DNA of 64,000 nt from NCBI GenBank assembly GCA_047495785.1, contig JBLDXI010000042.1, forward strand, positions 1,364,001 through 1,428,000. Reading direction: 5' to 3'. The notes beneath the pieces are model-generated. The model searched no databases and was not told where the DNA came from. It saw only the letters and a list, made by a program, of their open reading frames with translations. This document shows, piece by piece, positions 38,253 to 50,989 of this stretch; within the stretch, counting starts at the first letter, position 1, and the number at the start of each line of letters is the position of its first letter. This stretch comes from Lepidodermella squamata (taxonomy: Eukaryota; Animalia; Gastrotricha). The position numbers were made by a program, and so were the translations under genes.

Positions 38253-39725
38253 TTAGGATACATCATTTAATTCAGTCGCTCTACAAACTGTTTCTAAAAT
38301 GTTGACAAAGCAATCAGCCGCCTCAACCATATCTTTTTCATCAACAGTTGCAGAGCAAAAATTCACAGCCATCTCGCCCTTGTAAGTAACAATCGCAGCA
38401 TACAGCGCTCGTACAATGTTATTCGTAGATATTCGCACGGTCTCCAAGCTACAATCACGACTTGCCAACTCATCCGACCGCCCTAAATTGCCGATGGTGA
38501 ACGGCGGGAAAGGTTTCGAGAACATGTCATTAACCATCGAAAGAACGAAACGCATCGGGAGTTGTTCGAGAAGCCAGCTGAAATAGTTGAAGGCGTTCGT
38601 TTTCAGTGCATCGTGAACCTCTTGAGTTGATTTCGCCGCCAAGGCCCAAAATTCATCGATCGAAATATCTTCAGCATTAGCCAAGTCTATAGAGGGCGAA
38701 GTCATCACTGCTATGCCGTAGTTAGCTATTAAATGAGATGGAAGTGGCGATTCAGCATGCCTTCGAATATCAATTGTAGTCGATACGGGGATTGCAATTT
38801 TCCCAGCTTGAACCTTCATCGATTTTCTAACCTCAGGGCTGAGTTTGTTAAGGTAGATACGATGGCTCAGAACTAGCGCTGCCATTAGGGCGCCGTGAAG
38901 GGTTGTTTTACGTCGTTTCGCCTCTTGCATTAAAGGACTCAGCTTGGCTGAAGGGAGGTCTCTTCGAACTATTCGACATTTGTAGCTAGTTTCCTGTTTT
39001 GAATCAGCTTTCCATTGGACCCCAGCGTTGAGCTTTGAAAGGGCCTGCGCTTGCCTCAGAGCCTTTTTCCCACCTTTGAACATAAAATTCTTCCAGCCTT
39101 TTTGATTGTCCGGAATGAGGTCAACTATTGTTGGCGGAATAGAGCGAAACAATTCATCGGAGCAAGCTGGAAGACCTTCTAGGCCCAAAGCATTGGATTC
39201 AATAGACGAAACAACACCGAGAGAAAACGAAATTTCCTTCAATAGCTGCGTTACACCTTGAAGATCAACCAGCAAATGCGATGAGCCAACAAATAATTGA
39301 TAATCCCTATGAGATTGAGACGCTGACTCAGGCAGTTCTATCAATGATAGAATGACTAGGGTTTTTTGAATATTTGACTTGAAGCTGAAATGGAGAAGTC
39401 GATCTTCAGTTTCGTTGACAACATTTTCAACTTCCTCTTGATTGATTATCGTTCGAAGTTCGACCAGTTGCGGTGTTACAGTAGAATCGTATTGAAAACG
39501 AGGCGGTTTTTGCGTTGTATCAACCCAAGCGGTTAGTCTTAAATGCCGTTTTTGGACACATTTGAAGGCCTCATTTAGAATTTCCTCATTCAAGGGCTTG
39601 CACTTTCCGAGATCGCATCTCACCAAGCCATTTGCTACGACGTTAAAAGCACCAGGCTGAGGGAAATGCAAGTATATTTGATCGGCTTGAGGGATAAGCT
39701 GTACAGAGCCATTTTCGGAAGTCAT
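38253..39725 (-). CDS. CoA-dependent acyltransferase / condensation-domain-like protein (PapA5/alcohol acetyltransferase type), single exon
   Basis: 490-aa ORF with RHLRL, the HxxxD motif SHLLVDLQG, AKRRKTTLHGALMAA, TIDIRR and IGNLG. Confidence 0.75.
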   Translation of the reverse strand: MTSENGSVQLIPQADQIYLHFPQPGAFNVVANGLVRCDLGKCKPLNEEILNEAFKCVQKRHLRLTAWVDTTQKPPRFQYDSTVTPQLVELRTIINQEEVENVVNETEDRLLHFSFKSNIQKTLVILSLIELPESASQSHRDYQLFVGSSHLLVDLQGVTQLLKEISFSLGVVSSIESNALGLEGLPACSDELFRSIPPTIVDLIPDNQKGWKNFMFKGGKKALRQAQALSKLNAGVQWKADSKQETSYKCRIVRRDLPSAKLSPLMQEAKRRKTTLHGALMAALVLSHRIYLNKLSPEVRKSMKVQAGKIAIPVSTTIDIRRHAESPLPSHLIANYGIAVMTSPSIDLANAEDISIDEFWALAAKSTQEVHDALKTNAFNYFSWLLEQLPMRFVLSMVNDMFSKPFPPFTIGNLGRSDELASRDCSLETVRISTNNIVRALYAAIVTYKGEMAVNFCSATVDEKDMVEAADCFVNILETVCRATELNDVS

Positions 39726-41067
39726 TGCTTAAATCTAGGCCAAAGTTCCTTAAAAATGTCTAGAAAAGAGAAAAGGAAGCCGCCTATTACAGACAAGTTT
39801 CAGCCAACAGGAAACATACGAAAACAAAGCAAACTGTGAGGAATTAGGGATATATAGGAAAAAGAGGGGAAAAAAGGAAAAAAACGTCCATTTTGAACTG
39901 GAAGTTTTAGGAATTTTGAATATTGATTCGCAGATTTTTTTCCAGCTCATGTTTTCGCTATAGATTTAACCTGGGAAATGCAAATGCATAGCTCAGCAAA
40001 CAAATCAGCTTTAAAAAACTTTGAGAGCAAAATTGTCTCGGCTTAAATTATAATAAATTTCGATGATGACCATCGTACAAAAATAAAATGGCCGAAACCG
40101 GCACTGACATGCGATCAATAAATAATACGCGATCGATTTTACTAGTAAAGCCCTGTCTATGTCGTGTATATGGAGATTATCGCTTTTACATTACACATAT
40201 ATGCAGTAAGTACTTGGGCATATAGCGCGTGTATATTTTGCTATATATTGTATATTACACACGTTGTTGTAGTAGTAAGTATTCGTAATGGCTACGCAGC
40301 AATGATGATGAATTGAATCTGCTTCTGATGCTGCCCGCTTATATTATCGACAGTTATTGCGGCTTATCAGTGATAATTTAAACTGCGAAACATTTTGCGA
40401 TTCTTGTATATATACCTCGTAATCTTACATCTGCTGAGAGAAAAGGCACATTTTTTAATAAAACGCGTACGAATATGAAAATAATAGAAGAAAAAGAAAT
40501 TTCCGAGACACCAATAACAAAGCTGTCTCAACGTTATTATTATCTAATTTAATTTGTATCAAATTTTGTACATTTCGGGAGAACAATGTTGCTTTGATCC
40601 ACGGCGCAATTGTTTTTTTTTCCAATTTTGGAAAGCTATGAGACACAACGAGTTTTTATAATGTCCCTGGGCAGAAAGTTAATTTTTTTTCTGCGGCGAA
40701 ATTGTACTATACGCACTTGTGGCAATCGATTAATGTTGACTATTGCCATCATCCTTGAATTTGCATTTTTCATTGACTCTCCCAGTAATACAGGAGTGGT
40801 TCTCGTGCATCCTCCGAGGTGTACTCGGTTGCATAGGCTGGACTGAATGCTGAATGCTGAATGCATGGGAAGGTCAAACATGAATCTAAACATGAATCTA
40901 TAATATGAGTTGACTCTGTTCTCGAAAATTCTTGGACAATAATAATGGAGATAGGAATCTTTGTGGCAAATTAACTCTACTTGAGCACCTGCTTTTTCGA
41001 GTAAGTTCTCTACAACAAAAGATGCTCTCATGCTTGAGCCTTAAGACGCATTTGCAATAATAAAAAC

Positions 41068-42473
41068 ATGCGGTATAATGCATCATCACTGCTTTTAGTA
41101 ATAGTATTAACCTTCATTGCTCAACAATCTTTAAGTGCGGAACCAAAATTCAATGTAAACGATATCACAAAATTCTACAACCAAGCTGTGGAAAACTTGC
41201 AAATGGGTCAATTAGAGCAGTGCTACACAAACGCTAAGCAAGCATGGCGGTTGTACAACATATCATTGGAGCTGGGCAATAAAACTCGAGTTACTTTGTT
41301 TGACATTGTCGAAACAATGTCGATTTGCACGAAACAGACTGGTAGATACATTGAAACTTTGGAACTGATAAACATACTACTGACAGAGCCGAAGCGGGGC
41401 GAAAAACGGAGGCAGGAATTATTGGCGATTGCCGACCAAATGAGAACTTTGATGAAGGTTAAACCCGATCCTTTCATTATCGGATTTCTAAGGGTAAGCT
41501 GATTTTCATTTGTCAAAATTTCCTTGGCTTAGCCTAAAAATGTAGGAAAATCGGACTATATTTGATAGAGCTAGCGAGCTACAACAAATGGAGATTGCTC
41601 GAGAGCTGGAAAGGACCTCTCGGTACGCAATGTGTCCTGATGATGAGGAAAATCTCGCCCTACTAAAAAGGACATATGAAAATCCGAAACTCTACTGCCG
41701 TTACGATGATCGGAACAAACACCCGCTATTGACCTATGGGCCTGTTAAGGAGGAGCTGTTGAGCCATAATCCTTTCATAGTTTTGGTGCATGATTTGATG
41801 AGGGATGGCGATGTTAGCAAGATCATAACCGCGGCTCAGCAGAATTTACCTCCTGTGAATACGCCGTATGATTTCAAGATCGCTCGCAACACTTGGGTAT
41901 TCGCGGAGGGAATGGACCTTATGCTTAGACGGATCGAGGCAGTCTTCGGCTTAGACAGTGGCGATCACATTGGCAGCGAACCTTATAACGTAAGTTTCGA
42001 ATTTCATTGATTCTTTGAGTTGACAAAGAAATGCATTCCAGGTGAATATGTATGGAACTGGAGGCCATTACTCGGAGCATGCCGACTACCTCAACAACCA
42101 GCCTCATTTTCTCGGTGAAAGACTGTCCACCCTACTCATTTACCTCAACGGCGTTGAATCTGGCGGTGCTACCGTTTTCACTCGCCTTGGCATCAAAGTG
42201 AAACCGGATAAGGGCGCCGGCCTGTTCTGGTACAACACCCTTCGCAACGAAACCATCGACCCGAGAACAGTCCATAAAGCCTGCCCGTTACTATCCGGCA
42301 AAAAATGGGTGGCTAACAGGTGGTTTCACATCAAAAACCAGTACCATCACAGGCCGTGTGTCGATGGTAACCCATTATGGACGCTAAATGACTTCATTTT
42401 ACCAGACTGGTTACGCGCGAAAAGGTCCGGGTTTTATTACCCGGGTCAGATGCCGCCTGATTTCCGTGTTTAA
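41068..42473 (+). CDS. Prolyl 4-hydroxylase alpha-like paralogue 1 (3 exons)
   Basis: Signal peptide, LYCRY, PVKEE, YGTGGHYSEHAD, GGATVF, HKACP, KWVAN. Introns 41494-41545 and 41989-42041. Confidence 0.9.
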
Positions 42474-42621
42474 TTATTGTTATTATATACCTACCTGTTT
42501 TACGGCGTCTAATGCACATGTAAAGTGCGCTCTTTATTATTTTGTTTATTACCCGTTTCTTGGTAATAAAGTGCGTGGTCGGCTCATCTCAATGAAAGAA
42601 ACGCGGGTATTATTAAGCCTG

Positions 42622-43889
42622 ATGCACACTATCATTAAAAGCGCTTTTGTGCTGCTTAGTTTCTTAAGCGTAGGCACCTCGACGGAAAGTGAGGACTTGG
42701 TTGCTTATGAAGAGGCCCTGAAATATCTGGACAAATCGGCGAATTTCGAGGCTGGTTACGCAGCTGCGAAACGGGCGTTGGAGCTGCATGAACTCGCAAA
42801 ACAGCCTTCAATCGATTATTACTGGATTATTGAGACGCTTTCGATTTTTTGCTCGAGAACTGCTCGATACTCCGAGGCTTTAGACCTCATCGACATTCTA
42901 CTTGGAGAGCCAGGATTGGATGAAGCGCGAAAAGCTGATTTGGTCAAGATTAGGAAGGATACTTTAGTTCGGAGTGATTTAACAGAAAAACCTGAAAATC
43001 TTGCGAAGGCTTCTGAAAATTACCTATTGGAACACGCGGAAGTTCTGCTCGAGCATCACTACTACAACATTTGCCGCGATTCTCTGCCGAGGCTGTTTGA
43101 GAGCCCTCGATTTTTCTGCCGTTATGATGACAGGGGACGTCATCCTTTGTTAATATTTTCTCCGGTTAAGGAGGAAGTTTTGAATTTCGATCCGATTATT
43201 GTTCTAGTTCACGATTTGATTCGACCACGCGGGATTGAATCACTCATTCGAGCTGCAGAGCCTGAGCTTGCCGATGCGAAGATCTACCAGAGTAAGGCGA
43301 AGAGTTATCAGGTCAAGTATGATAAGCGGCGGTCGAAAACAGCCTGGTTGCCTAGTGATGAATTTCCGTTGCTAAGGAGACGCATTGAGGCCACATTCGG
43401 AATGGACGCGAGTGATGGCAGTGGTGCAGAGGAATTCCAGGTTGAATTTTCCTTCGATTTCTTTAACATATATTATCATGTTTTCTTTTCTAGGTAAATA
43501 AGTATGGAATTGGAGGACATTACGTTCCTCACATGGATTACATAGCAAACGTAGACGATCAAACAAGAGAACTGGGCGATCGAATATCGACACTGCTACT
43601 CTATTTCAGCGACGTCGATGCCGGCGGAGATACAGCCTTCACTAAGCTTAAGATTCGAGTTACGCCTGAGAAAGGCGCCGGTCTCTTCTGGTACAACATT
43701 CATCGCAACGAAACGGCTGATCAGCGGACGCAGCATACAGCTTGCCCGGTGTTGAAGGGAGAAAAATGGGTAGCGAATAAATGGTTCAGAAGTCGAGGGC
43801 AACTACATCACAAACCTTGTGGAGAGACTGTTACAAGTCGATTCAAACTTCGCGATCTTGAACTACCAAATTGGCTAAAATTTATATGA
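42622..43889 (+). CDS. Prolyl 4-hydroxylase alpha-like paralogue 2 (2 exons; start may be 42592)
   Basis: FFCRY, YGIGGHYVPHMD, HTACP, KWVANKW. One intron at about 43441-43493. Confidence 0.9.
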
Positions 43890-44165
43890 ATTATTTTGTA
43901 CATTGAATTTTATAAATAATAAAATCGAATTTAGAGATTTTTTGAACTTGTCCTCATATAGGTCTCAAAAAGTTGCCGGAACCTGTTGTGAAACCAGGCA
44001 GGCAGTTGGGGTATGTTTTCGAAAACATGCTCTTTCCCCACTCGACTAACGTGCGTCATAATGTTTTTAACGACTCTATTAGGCTTTAAGTGCCATAACA
44101 TACACTCCAAACATAAGCGGCGGTACTTCTCTCATGTAAACTATCATTTGTGATGCCTCGTTATT

Positions 44166-45775
44166 ATGAGAAGTTTACTAACAATTTTACTCCTAGCCTA
44201 TCTAGCTGTTGTAGCAACAGCCAGAGAAGAAAATGAGCAGCAACTTCTGGCTAGGGCTAAAATCTTGATTCGGGAAGGAGTGTTTCAGGAAAGCTACAAC
44301 ATAGCTAAACAAGCCTTTCACCAACATCAGGAAACTGTGAAGAATGGCCAGAGTCCTAGGATCAATTCCCTCGAACTTCTCAATACGATAACACAACTGG
44401 CTGGAGTCTTACAACAGCACGAGGAGTCAATTCAGTTCATCGACGAAATGCTGAAAGAGCAAAGCTTATCGGCTGGCGATCGGGATAATTTACTAAGTCG
44501 AAGGGACTTCCATGCTAGGCAAGTTGCAGTGGATATATTCAGGGTAAGGTTCAAATCTGAAGTACAAAATCTGAATTCGACTCTCGATTTCACAGACGCC
44601 AGCTGAGACTCTTGAGGTGCTGCCAGAGGACGAGAGAACAAGGCTGGCTGATAAAATTCTGCAAATCCCGGAATACAAATTGTGCCGGAAGGATGCGAAG
44701 CTGCAAAAGCTTTTCGAAGATCCAAAGTTTTTCTGTCGGTTCACCGATAGGAACCGGCACCCTCTTCTTATCTACTCACCAGCCCGCGAGGAGGTTATCA
44801 GTTACGATCCACTTATTGTAGTAATCCACGACTTGGTAAGGCAGAAGGCTATAGATCGGTTCATGGAACTGGCAAAGCCGGGCCTCAAACTGGCAGGGTT
44901 CAATTTGCTGAAAAACGGGAAGAATCACTACACTGCAGATGCATCTGTTCGTTTGAGTCGATACTCTCAGTTCGAAACTGATCTGATGCCAGATGTGACT
45001 AGGAGGGTCGGAGCGGTTTTCGGTATGGATTCCGTTACTGGAACCGAAAAGTACCAGGTACATTGAATAAACTCAGAAATATTCTGATTTTTTCAATACT
45101 TCGATGAATCTAAAAAATATCAGTGAAGTCGTTAAATTTAAATTTTTTAATTAGTATAATATTTCTCATTTTTTTAAATTAAATCAAATTAAATTAAAAT
45201 AAAAAATAATTAAAAATTTAATTTAAAAACAAAGTTAATTTCATTTAATTTTAATTTTTGAAATGTAATATAATTTTTCCAATTTTCTTGAATTTTATCA
45301 GGTGAACACGTATGAGGCGCTCGGTCACTTTTTGCCCCACTACGACAAAGTGCAGCCAAGTGTGGACGAGGAACACGGCGATCGACTCGCTACGCTACTT
45401 ATCAACTTCAAAGATGTCGAACAGGGCGGGCAAACTTTCTTCTATTTCTTGAATCTCACCTTGGAGGCTGAGAAAGGCGCCGGTATTTTCTGGTACAACA
45501 TGCAGCGAAACGAAATTATGCACGAGAAAACAAGCCACGGGGGTTGTCCGATCATTCGCGGCCATAAGGCGATAGCTAGGATGATATTTCGATTCAGAGC
45601 TCAATTTCACTATCGGAAATGCTTGCAAAATCAAACGAAACTGTTTTTCCTCGAAGAATTCGATCAGCCAGATTGGGCGAGGATGAGACCCATTGATCAC
45701 AAATACCCTGGCCAGCTTCCTTATGTTGCGCCCATCTGGCCGAGAATTGGTGGCACGACTAAGGAATACAAGTGA
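44166..45775 (+). CDS. Prolyl 4-hydroxylase alpha-like paralogue 3 (3 exons)
   Basis: Signal peptide, GHFLPHYD, HGGCP, HKAIA. Introns 44543-44595 and 45058-45301. Confidence 0.88.
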
Positions 45776-46366
45776 TTGAAGATTGAAGATTGAAGATTGA
45801 AGCCACAACTCTTTATTGGAATCCTTTCATTTCATATATACTCAGTGATATTGTTAATAAATTCCAAGAGAGACCTGTTCAAAATTCATCAATAATCACA
45901 TTTCTTCAATTCAGCCTAGTCGTCACAGATCAATTTTTTCAAGCTCTCTTTAGATTTCGTGCTATCAGAAACTTCGAGCAGAATTTTTTTGGAGGTTTTC
46001 AGACAAATGAGATTTTTCTAGTCTGCATCTCGATCCCCATTCTCGCCTGTACACTGGGTGTGTGGGAAACGTTCACACATTTTTTTCTTTGTTGAATCGA
46101 ATAATTTTTTGCGCCACAAAAAGCAACGCCAGGGCAACGGTGTTAATTACAACTTTTGGATAAAAAATTCATCAGCTATGATTGCAGGATTTCAATTTTT
46201 AAACAAAAGCTAACAATAGAAAGCCGTGAAAAACTTCATTGTGCCGTGAATGCAGCGCTGGATTCTAGGCATTAGCAAGGTGTTTGTGATCACACCTTTT
46301 ATCGGCATTCCCAAGTCTGCCTATTTAAGCAATGGCTTTAACCTGAAACTTCACTGCCCAACAATC

Positions 46367-48859
46367 ATGTTTTGTTCCATTTTAGCAGTTACAGCTCTAC
46401 TGAGCCTTGTTTCAGCTAAGCCGATTGATCCATCAGTTGGCGTTGGATCTTGCACAACTGCTGGCTGTGTCAAGGCAGCGGATTTTATCCTGAAAAATCT
46501 GGACCTAACCGCCGACCCATGCGACGATTTCTACCAGTTCGCCTGTGGTGGATTCTCGGAGAATACGGTTCTGAAGGAGGGTGTTATTTATAATGCTCCC
46601 ATGTCGGACATATTCGAAGATATGAAGCAGCGGGCACTTCAGGACTTTTCGAAAACCAACATCACAAGCTTCTCGAAAGCCGAACTAAAGTTCTTACAGC
46701 TCTTGCATTCTTGCACTAACGGTGACGACCGCTTCGATGACGTAGAATCCTCAATCGCCTTTCTTCGAGATGTCGTGCGCGATACCGGCGGGCTTTTCAT
46801 CAGCCACGAAGAGGTCAAGATGCCGTTGGAATACGTTCTACTATCAACCCTGATCAATGGGCAAACTGCCTTCTTCTCAGTCAGCGTCGATGTAAACCCG
46901 TCGAATGGTTCTGAATACCAGATCTATGTTGGCCCGAGGGAGACGCCCTTCTTCGGCTACACTGAAATTGTTCAAAATTTGATCGGAGACGACGAAGACA
47001 ATGCAACGCTGAACGATGCCAAGGAATTGTACGTCACTGAGATTACCAAGCTGTTCAAGATGATCATCCCAAGAAAGGACCGTTTCTCAGTTTCGGACAC
47101 CTATTTGAAGGATCTGGCCGAGTTTGAGGTCGAGCTCGCTCTGGTAAGCCTATTTGGCCTATTTGGAAACTTTTATATCATTGTTTTTATCACAGATTTC
47201 ACCTTTCAACCACGTCGATAATGGCGATAAGAAGAATGACGATGTTGAGAAGGATAACTTCGTAGAAAACACCGAGGACAAGTTCAATGAACGCTTAGAG
47301 GAACTGGAGAAAATAAATCCGAATATCAAATGGCGCAGTTTCTTCCAAGCGCTTGGCGGCATCGCCGGTGTTGATTCGCTGAATTCCCCGGACCTTCGAA
47401 TCTCGTTCCGCAGCAAGACCTACTTTGAGCAGCTTTCCCACCTAATGGAAAACACTCGCGAGAAGCTTGGCGTCGACCGAAGCAAACGCGTTTTCCAGAA
47501 TTATGCGGTTCTTACTATGATTGACGCCTACTCCTATGATATTGCTTGCGAAATAACCCAACCTTTGTACCAGCTACGCGCCGTTGCCCGGGCTGACAGA
47601 GAGCAAGACCCATTGGACGCTGAGGCGTATTGCGAGGAAACGAAATCGAGCGCACCGACATGTGACCAAGTTCTGGAGGAGCAATTTGGCGATCTGCTAA
47701 TCGCTCGTCGCTTCGTGAAGCGGTACTTCACAAAGGAAAACGTGGACTACCTCACAAATATGACTAATCTAGTGCTGGCTGAAATTCGCGATGCTCTCGA
47801 TAAGGTGACGTGGTTGGACGAGAAATCGAAAGCGGCCGTCAAGCTGAAGGCTGAGAAGATACAATTTTCAACGGGCTTCCCGTCAGACCTCTTGACCGAC
47901 GCTTTTGATAAGAAGTACGATGACTTGAGCATCCCGGGCCCTGACTTTCTGCACAACAAAAAAGCTCTCGATCAATACAACAATTTGAGAGCGTTGAGAT
48001 TGCTCAATGGTCCCGTTAACCGTCTCGAGGCTATGTACGTTTCTCTAGATGGTTTTAAGAGGACTGATGACTTTTATTCGAATTAATTTCAGCTGGCAAG
48101 GAAATAAAGTTATCGATCAAAATTCATACTACCAGCCAACACTTAATACGTTCGCGTTACAAGCTGGCTACTACGTCGCTCCCGCTTTCAACTTCGATCT
48201 TCCCAGCGCTTGGAATTGGGGATATCCCAGCGAAACTATAGGACACGGTTGGATTTATTTCTTCTTACATGCTGTTTTTATACAAAATCGTTTAACAGAG
48301 ATCATGCACGGATTCGACAGCAGTGGAGTGAACTTCAATGCTTACGGGGAGGCAAAACCGATTCTGGAAGGCGCCACTCTTGCTAAATTCAAGGAGCAGC
48401 TCAAGTGCCTGATCGACCAGTTCCAAGCTTTGCGTCCGGATTCAATTGGCTACGGCGAAGCTGTCCTTGCTGAAAACGCGGCTGACAACGCTGGGCACAA
48501 GTTCGCTTATGGAGCTTTTAAGAAAGCTTTCGGCGACGAGAGCCTCAAGAGGTACGAGGTCCCGGGCGTGCCTCTCAACAACAACCAGATCTACTTCGTG
48601 AGCGCCGCGCAATCTTTCTGCCAGGCGGTCACAGAGGAAGCGAAAGCCCAGTTGCTAGCAGATGAGCATGCTTACTCTCCTTGGAGGTAGGCGCAGATTT
48701 ACAAGGGAACCTTTTCGATTGTTTTATCGCTATTTTTTCCGCAGAGTGAACGAGGGATTGAAGAACTTTGAACCATTCGCTGAGGCTTTCAGCTGCCCAG
48801 TAGGTTCGAAGATGAATCCAGCCGGATGGAAACGCTGCGAGGTCTGGCCAATCCAATGA
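46367..48859 (+). CDS. Secreted M13 (neprilysin/ECE-like) zinc metallopeptidase, 5 exons
   Basis: DPCDDFYQFACG; GHEIMHGFD reconstituted across the intron at about 48248-48298; ENAAD; FAEAFSCPVGSKMNP..CEVW. The N-terminus looks like a cleavable signal peptide. Confidence 0.92.
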
Positions 48860-49232
48860 AGTGATTCATCAATATGACAATACATGAACGTTTTTTCTTC
48901 AGAATTCTGAAGCAACTAAGCATTTTGAAGATTTCTACAAATACAAACTGAATGACTAAGAATTAGGTATATGGAAGATAAATAAAATAGTTGTTCTTTG
49001 AGTGGCTGGAACCATTATCTTAACCTTTGGCTCTTCGATAACTGGAATAAACGTGTTGGTTCCAACCAATTTTTCTAGCTGCCACGATTTGTATCCTGAA
49101 AATTCGACGACCCACCTTAATGATGAAAAAGGCACGTAAAATATCATCTGATTTTTACTCATCTTTGACATATCCAATCTCTCTCCTTTTCTACTTTTCT
49201 CTAACCTCGGAATTTACCATGCTGTCTTGGAA

Positions 49233-49952
49233 TTAACCGCCAAAAGGCATGCCTGTGTACTTAGCCTGGTAAGCAACATAGTTTGATAGCTGATCCGGAC
49301 GAAACGGTACAGCTTGCTTGCAGTTCTCGTAAAACGAGCACACCGCTGTGCTTAAGGTTCGCACGAAATAGTGGCATCGTGTTGTAAGACTCAAGCACTG
49401 GGAAGCGCATTGCGCATCGTCTGTTACGCCGCTGATCGTTCGCACCATGGGATCAGCGCAGTAGCTTTTGGCCTGCTGGAAATAGCTCATCGGATTCCCA
49501 TCTTGAAACAAAACAACAATTATTGTGAATTTAAGGCTAATTATTGACACTAACTGTACTGATCAGCGGTACCGGTTTGCTGCCCGTTCAAAGGATGAGT
49601 TTTGTAGTTCGCCTTGTAGCCACTGAGTAAGGGTGTAGCCGCTGTTATAGGACCCTGCTGGTAACATTCGGGGAACAACTGGCACATCTGTGATTTTGAG
49701 TCGTAGTTGAAGAAGTAGCAAGTGTTCCTACCCAGACACTGCTTTGCGCAAGACTCGGCTGTTGGCTGGCTGTTTAACGCGGGAAGCGCAGTTCCTAAGC
49801 AGCGATAGCTCACTTTGCTGTACGAGCTGAGTGAGCTTGCTACAGAAGAATTTTGCATTTAAATTTGAGTTTTATAATAGCCAAGTCGACTTACTCTGCG
49901 CATTGCATAAGGATGCAAGGCCTAAAGCGACAATAACTAGCCTGAAAGCCAT
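49233..49952 (-). CDS. Secreted protein with two PAN/apple domains (3' end uncertain, may extend to about 48956)
   Basis: Signal exon MAFRLVIVALGLASLCNAQ, then two exons with the C..CAxxC..CxFF..CxLFxxC pattern. Confidence 0.75.
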
Positions 49953-50989
49953 ATCAAAAAATACCGAATTCAAATGTTGATAGTCGTTAAAATGCGATGG
50001 AATAGTGAGAGTTTTCCTTATGCCCGAATATAAGGCATGAGCTATGCTTGAACACCTGGCTGCTACGCATTTACCGGCGTGAATTTGTCTTCTTTCTTAG
50101 ATGAAACTACATGCTTACTTATGAGCTTTGACAGCTGAAAGCTAAATTCTTGCCATCAACTTAAATTATGAACCCATACGGAATACCTGCTAATATTTAG
50201 CAAGTGTTCTTTTGGTAGAGATAGAGAAGCGAGCAAAAGCGAACAGCAGGTGAAAAATGCACTGAAGTTTAGAACTGCAATAATGCGTCGTATCTGCTAA
50301 ACCTTCGATGATCGTCTTGGATACATGCACGCAATGAAATACCATTGTCAGCACTAAATCTGCTCTAAATTTTATCAGACAATAATCATCCTTGGGATAC
50401 CTATCAGGTTCAGAGCAGTGTGTTTCGTAAATTTTCCGGCAACAATTGCGGATGGCTTGGGAACTTTCGCTCGAACCCATGTTTGCGAGCTAAGTAGCAC
50501 GATTTTTGATAAAAAGAAATGAAAATTGCGAATTTTTAACGCAAAAAATGCATCAAACTGGCCGACGGCAACGGTTGTATAATGGTTGTATAATGGAATG
50601 TTATGGTCTGCCACTGAGCGTGGTCCAGTGGGCAAAAATCGGAAGCCTTAGCTCATTTTCATTTCATTCAGGTTCATTGTGGTTTAAGGAATTTTGACCA
50701 AAGCAGGACAATTCTAGATGTACAGATGTAAAATAAATTCAGAAATTCAGTTTTTATAAACTTGAACCAGTTGAGTTACAATTAAGCTAGCTTTTATATT
50801 TTATACAATTTCGACTAATATAGATAAATAGAGGCCTCGTGTTGAATGGAAGAGTTGTCATCATTATTCACATTATACCTACATTGTTCACGCGCTTTTC
50901 AAATTGCATATAAGTCTAAACCAACGTAAAATCTCACAACAGTAGTTACATGACAAAGCACTTACTGATAAGTCAGGAAGCAGCAACAA

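Noticed and set aside
42388-42591. Overlap of P4H paralogue 2 ORF with the end of paralogue 1
   Set aside because: This is an upstream open-frame extension; the signal peptide starts at 42592 or 42622.
45060-45300. Extremely AT-rich tract
   Set aside because: It lies within P4H paralogue 3 intron 2 and is low complexity only.
48240-48310. Apparent loss of the HExxH motif in the M13 peptidase
   Set aside because: The motif is split by an intron and reads HEIMH after splicing.
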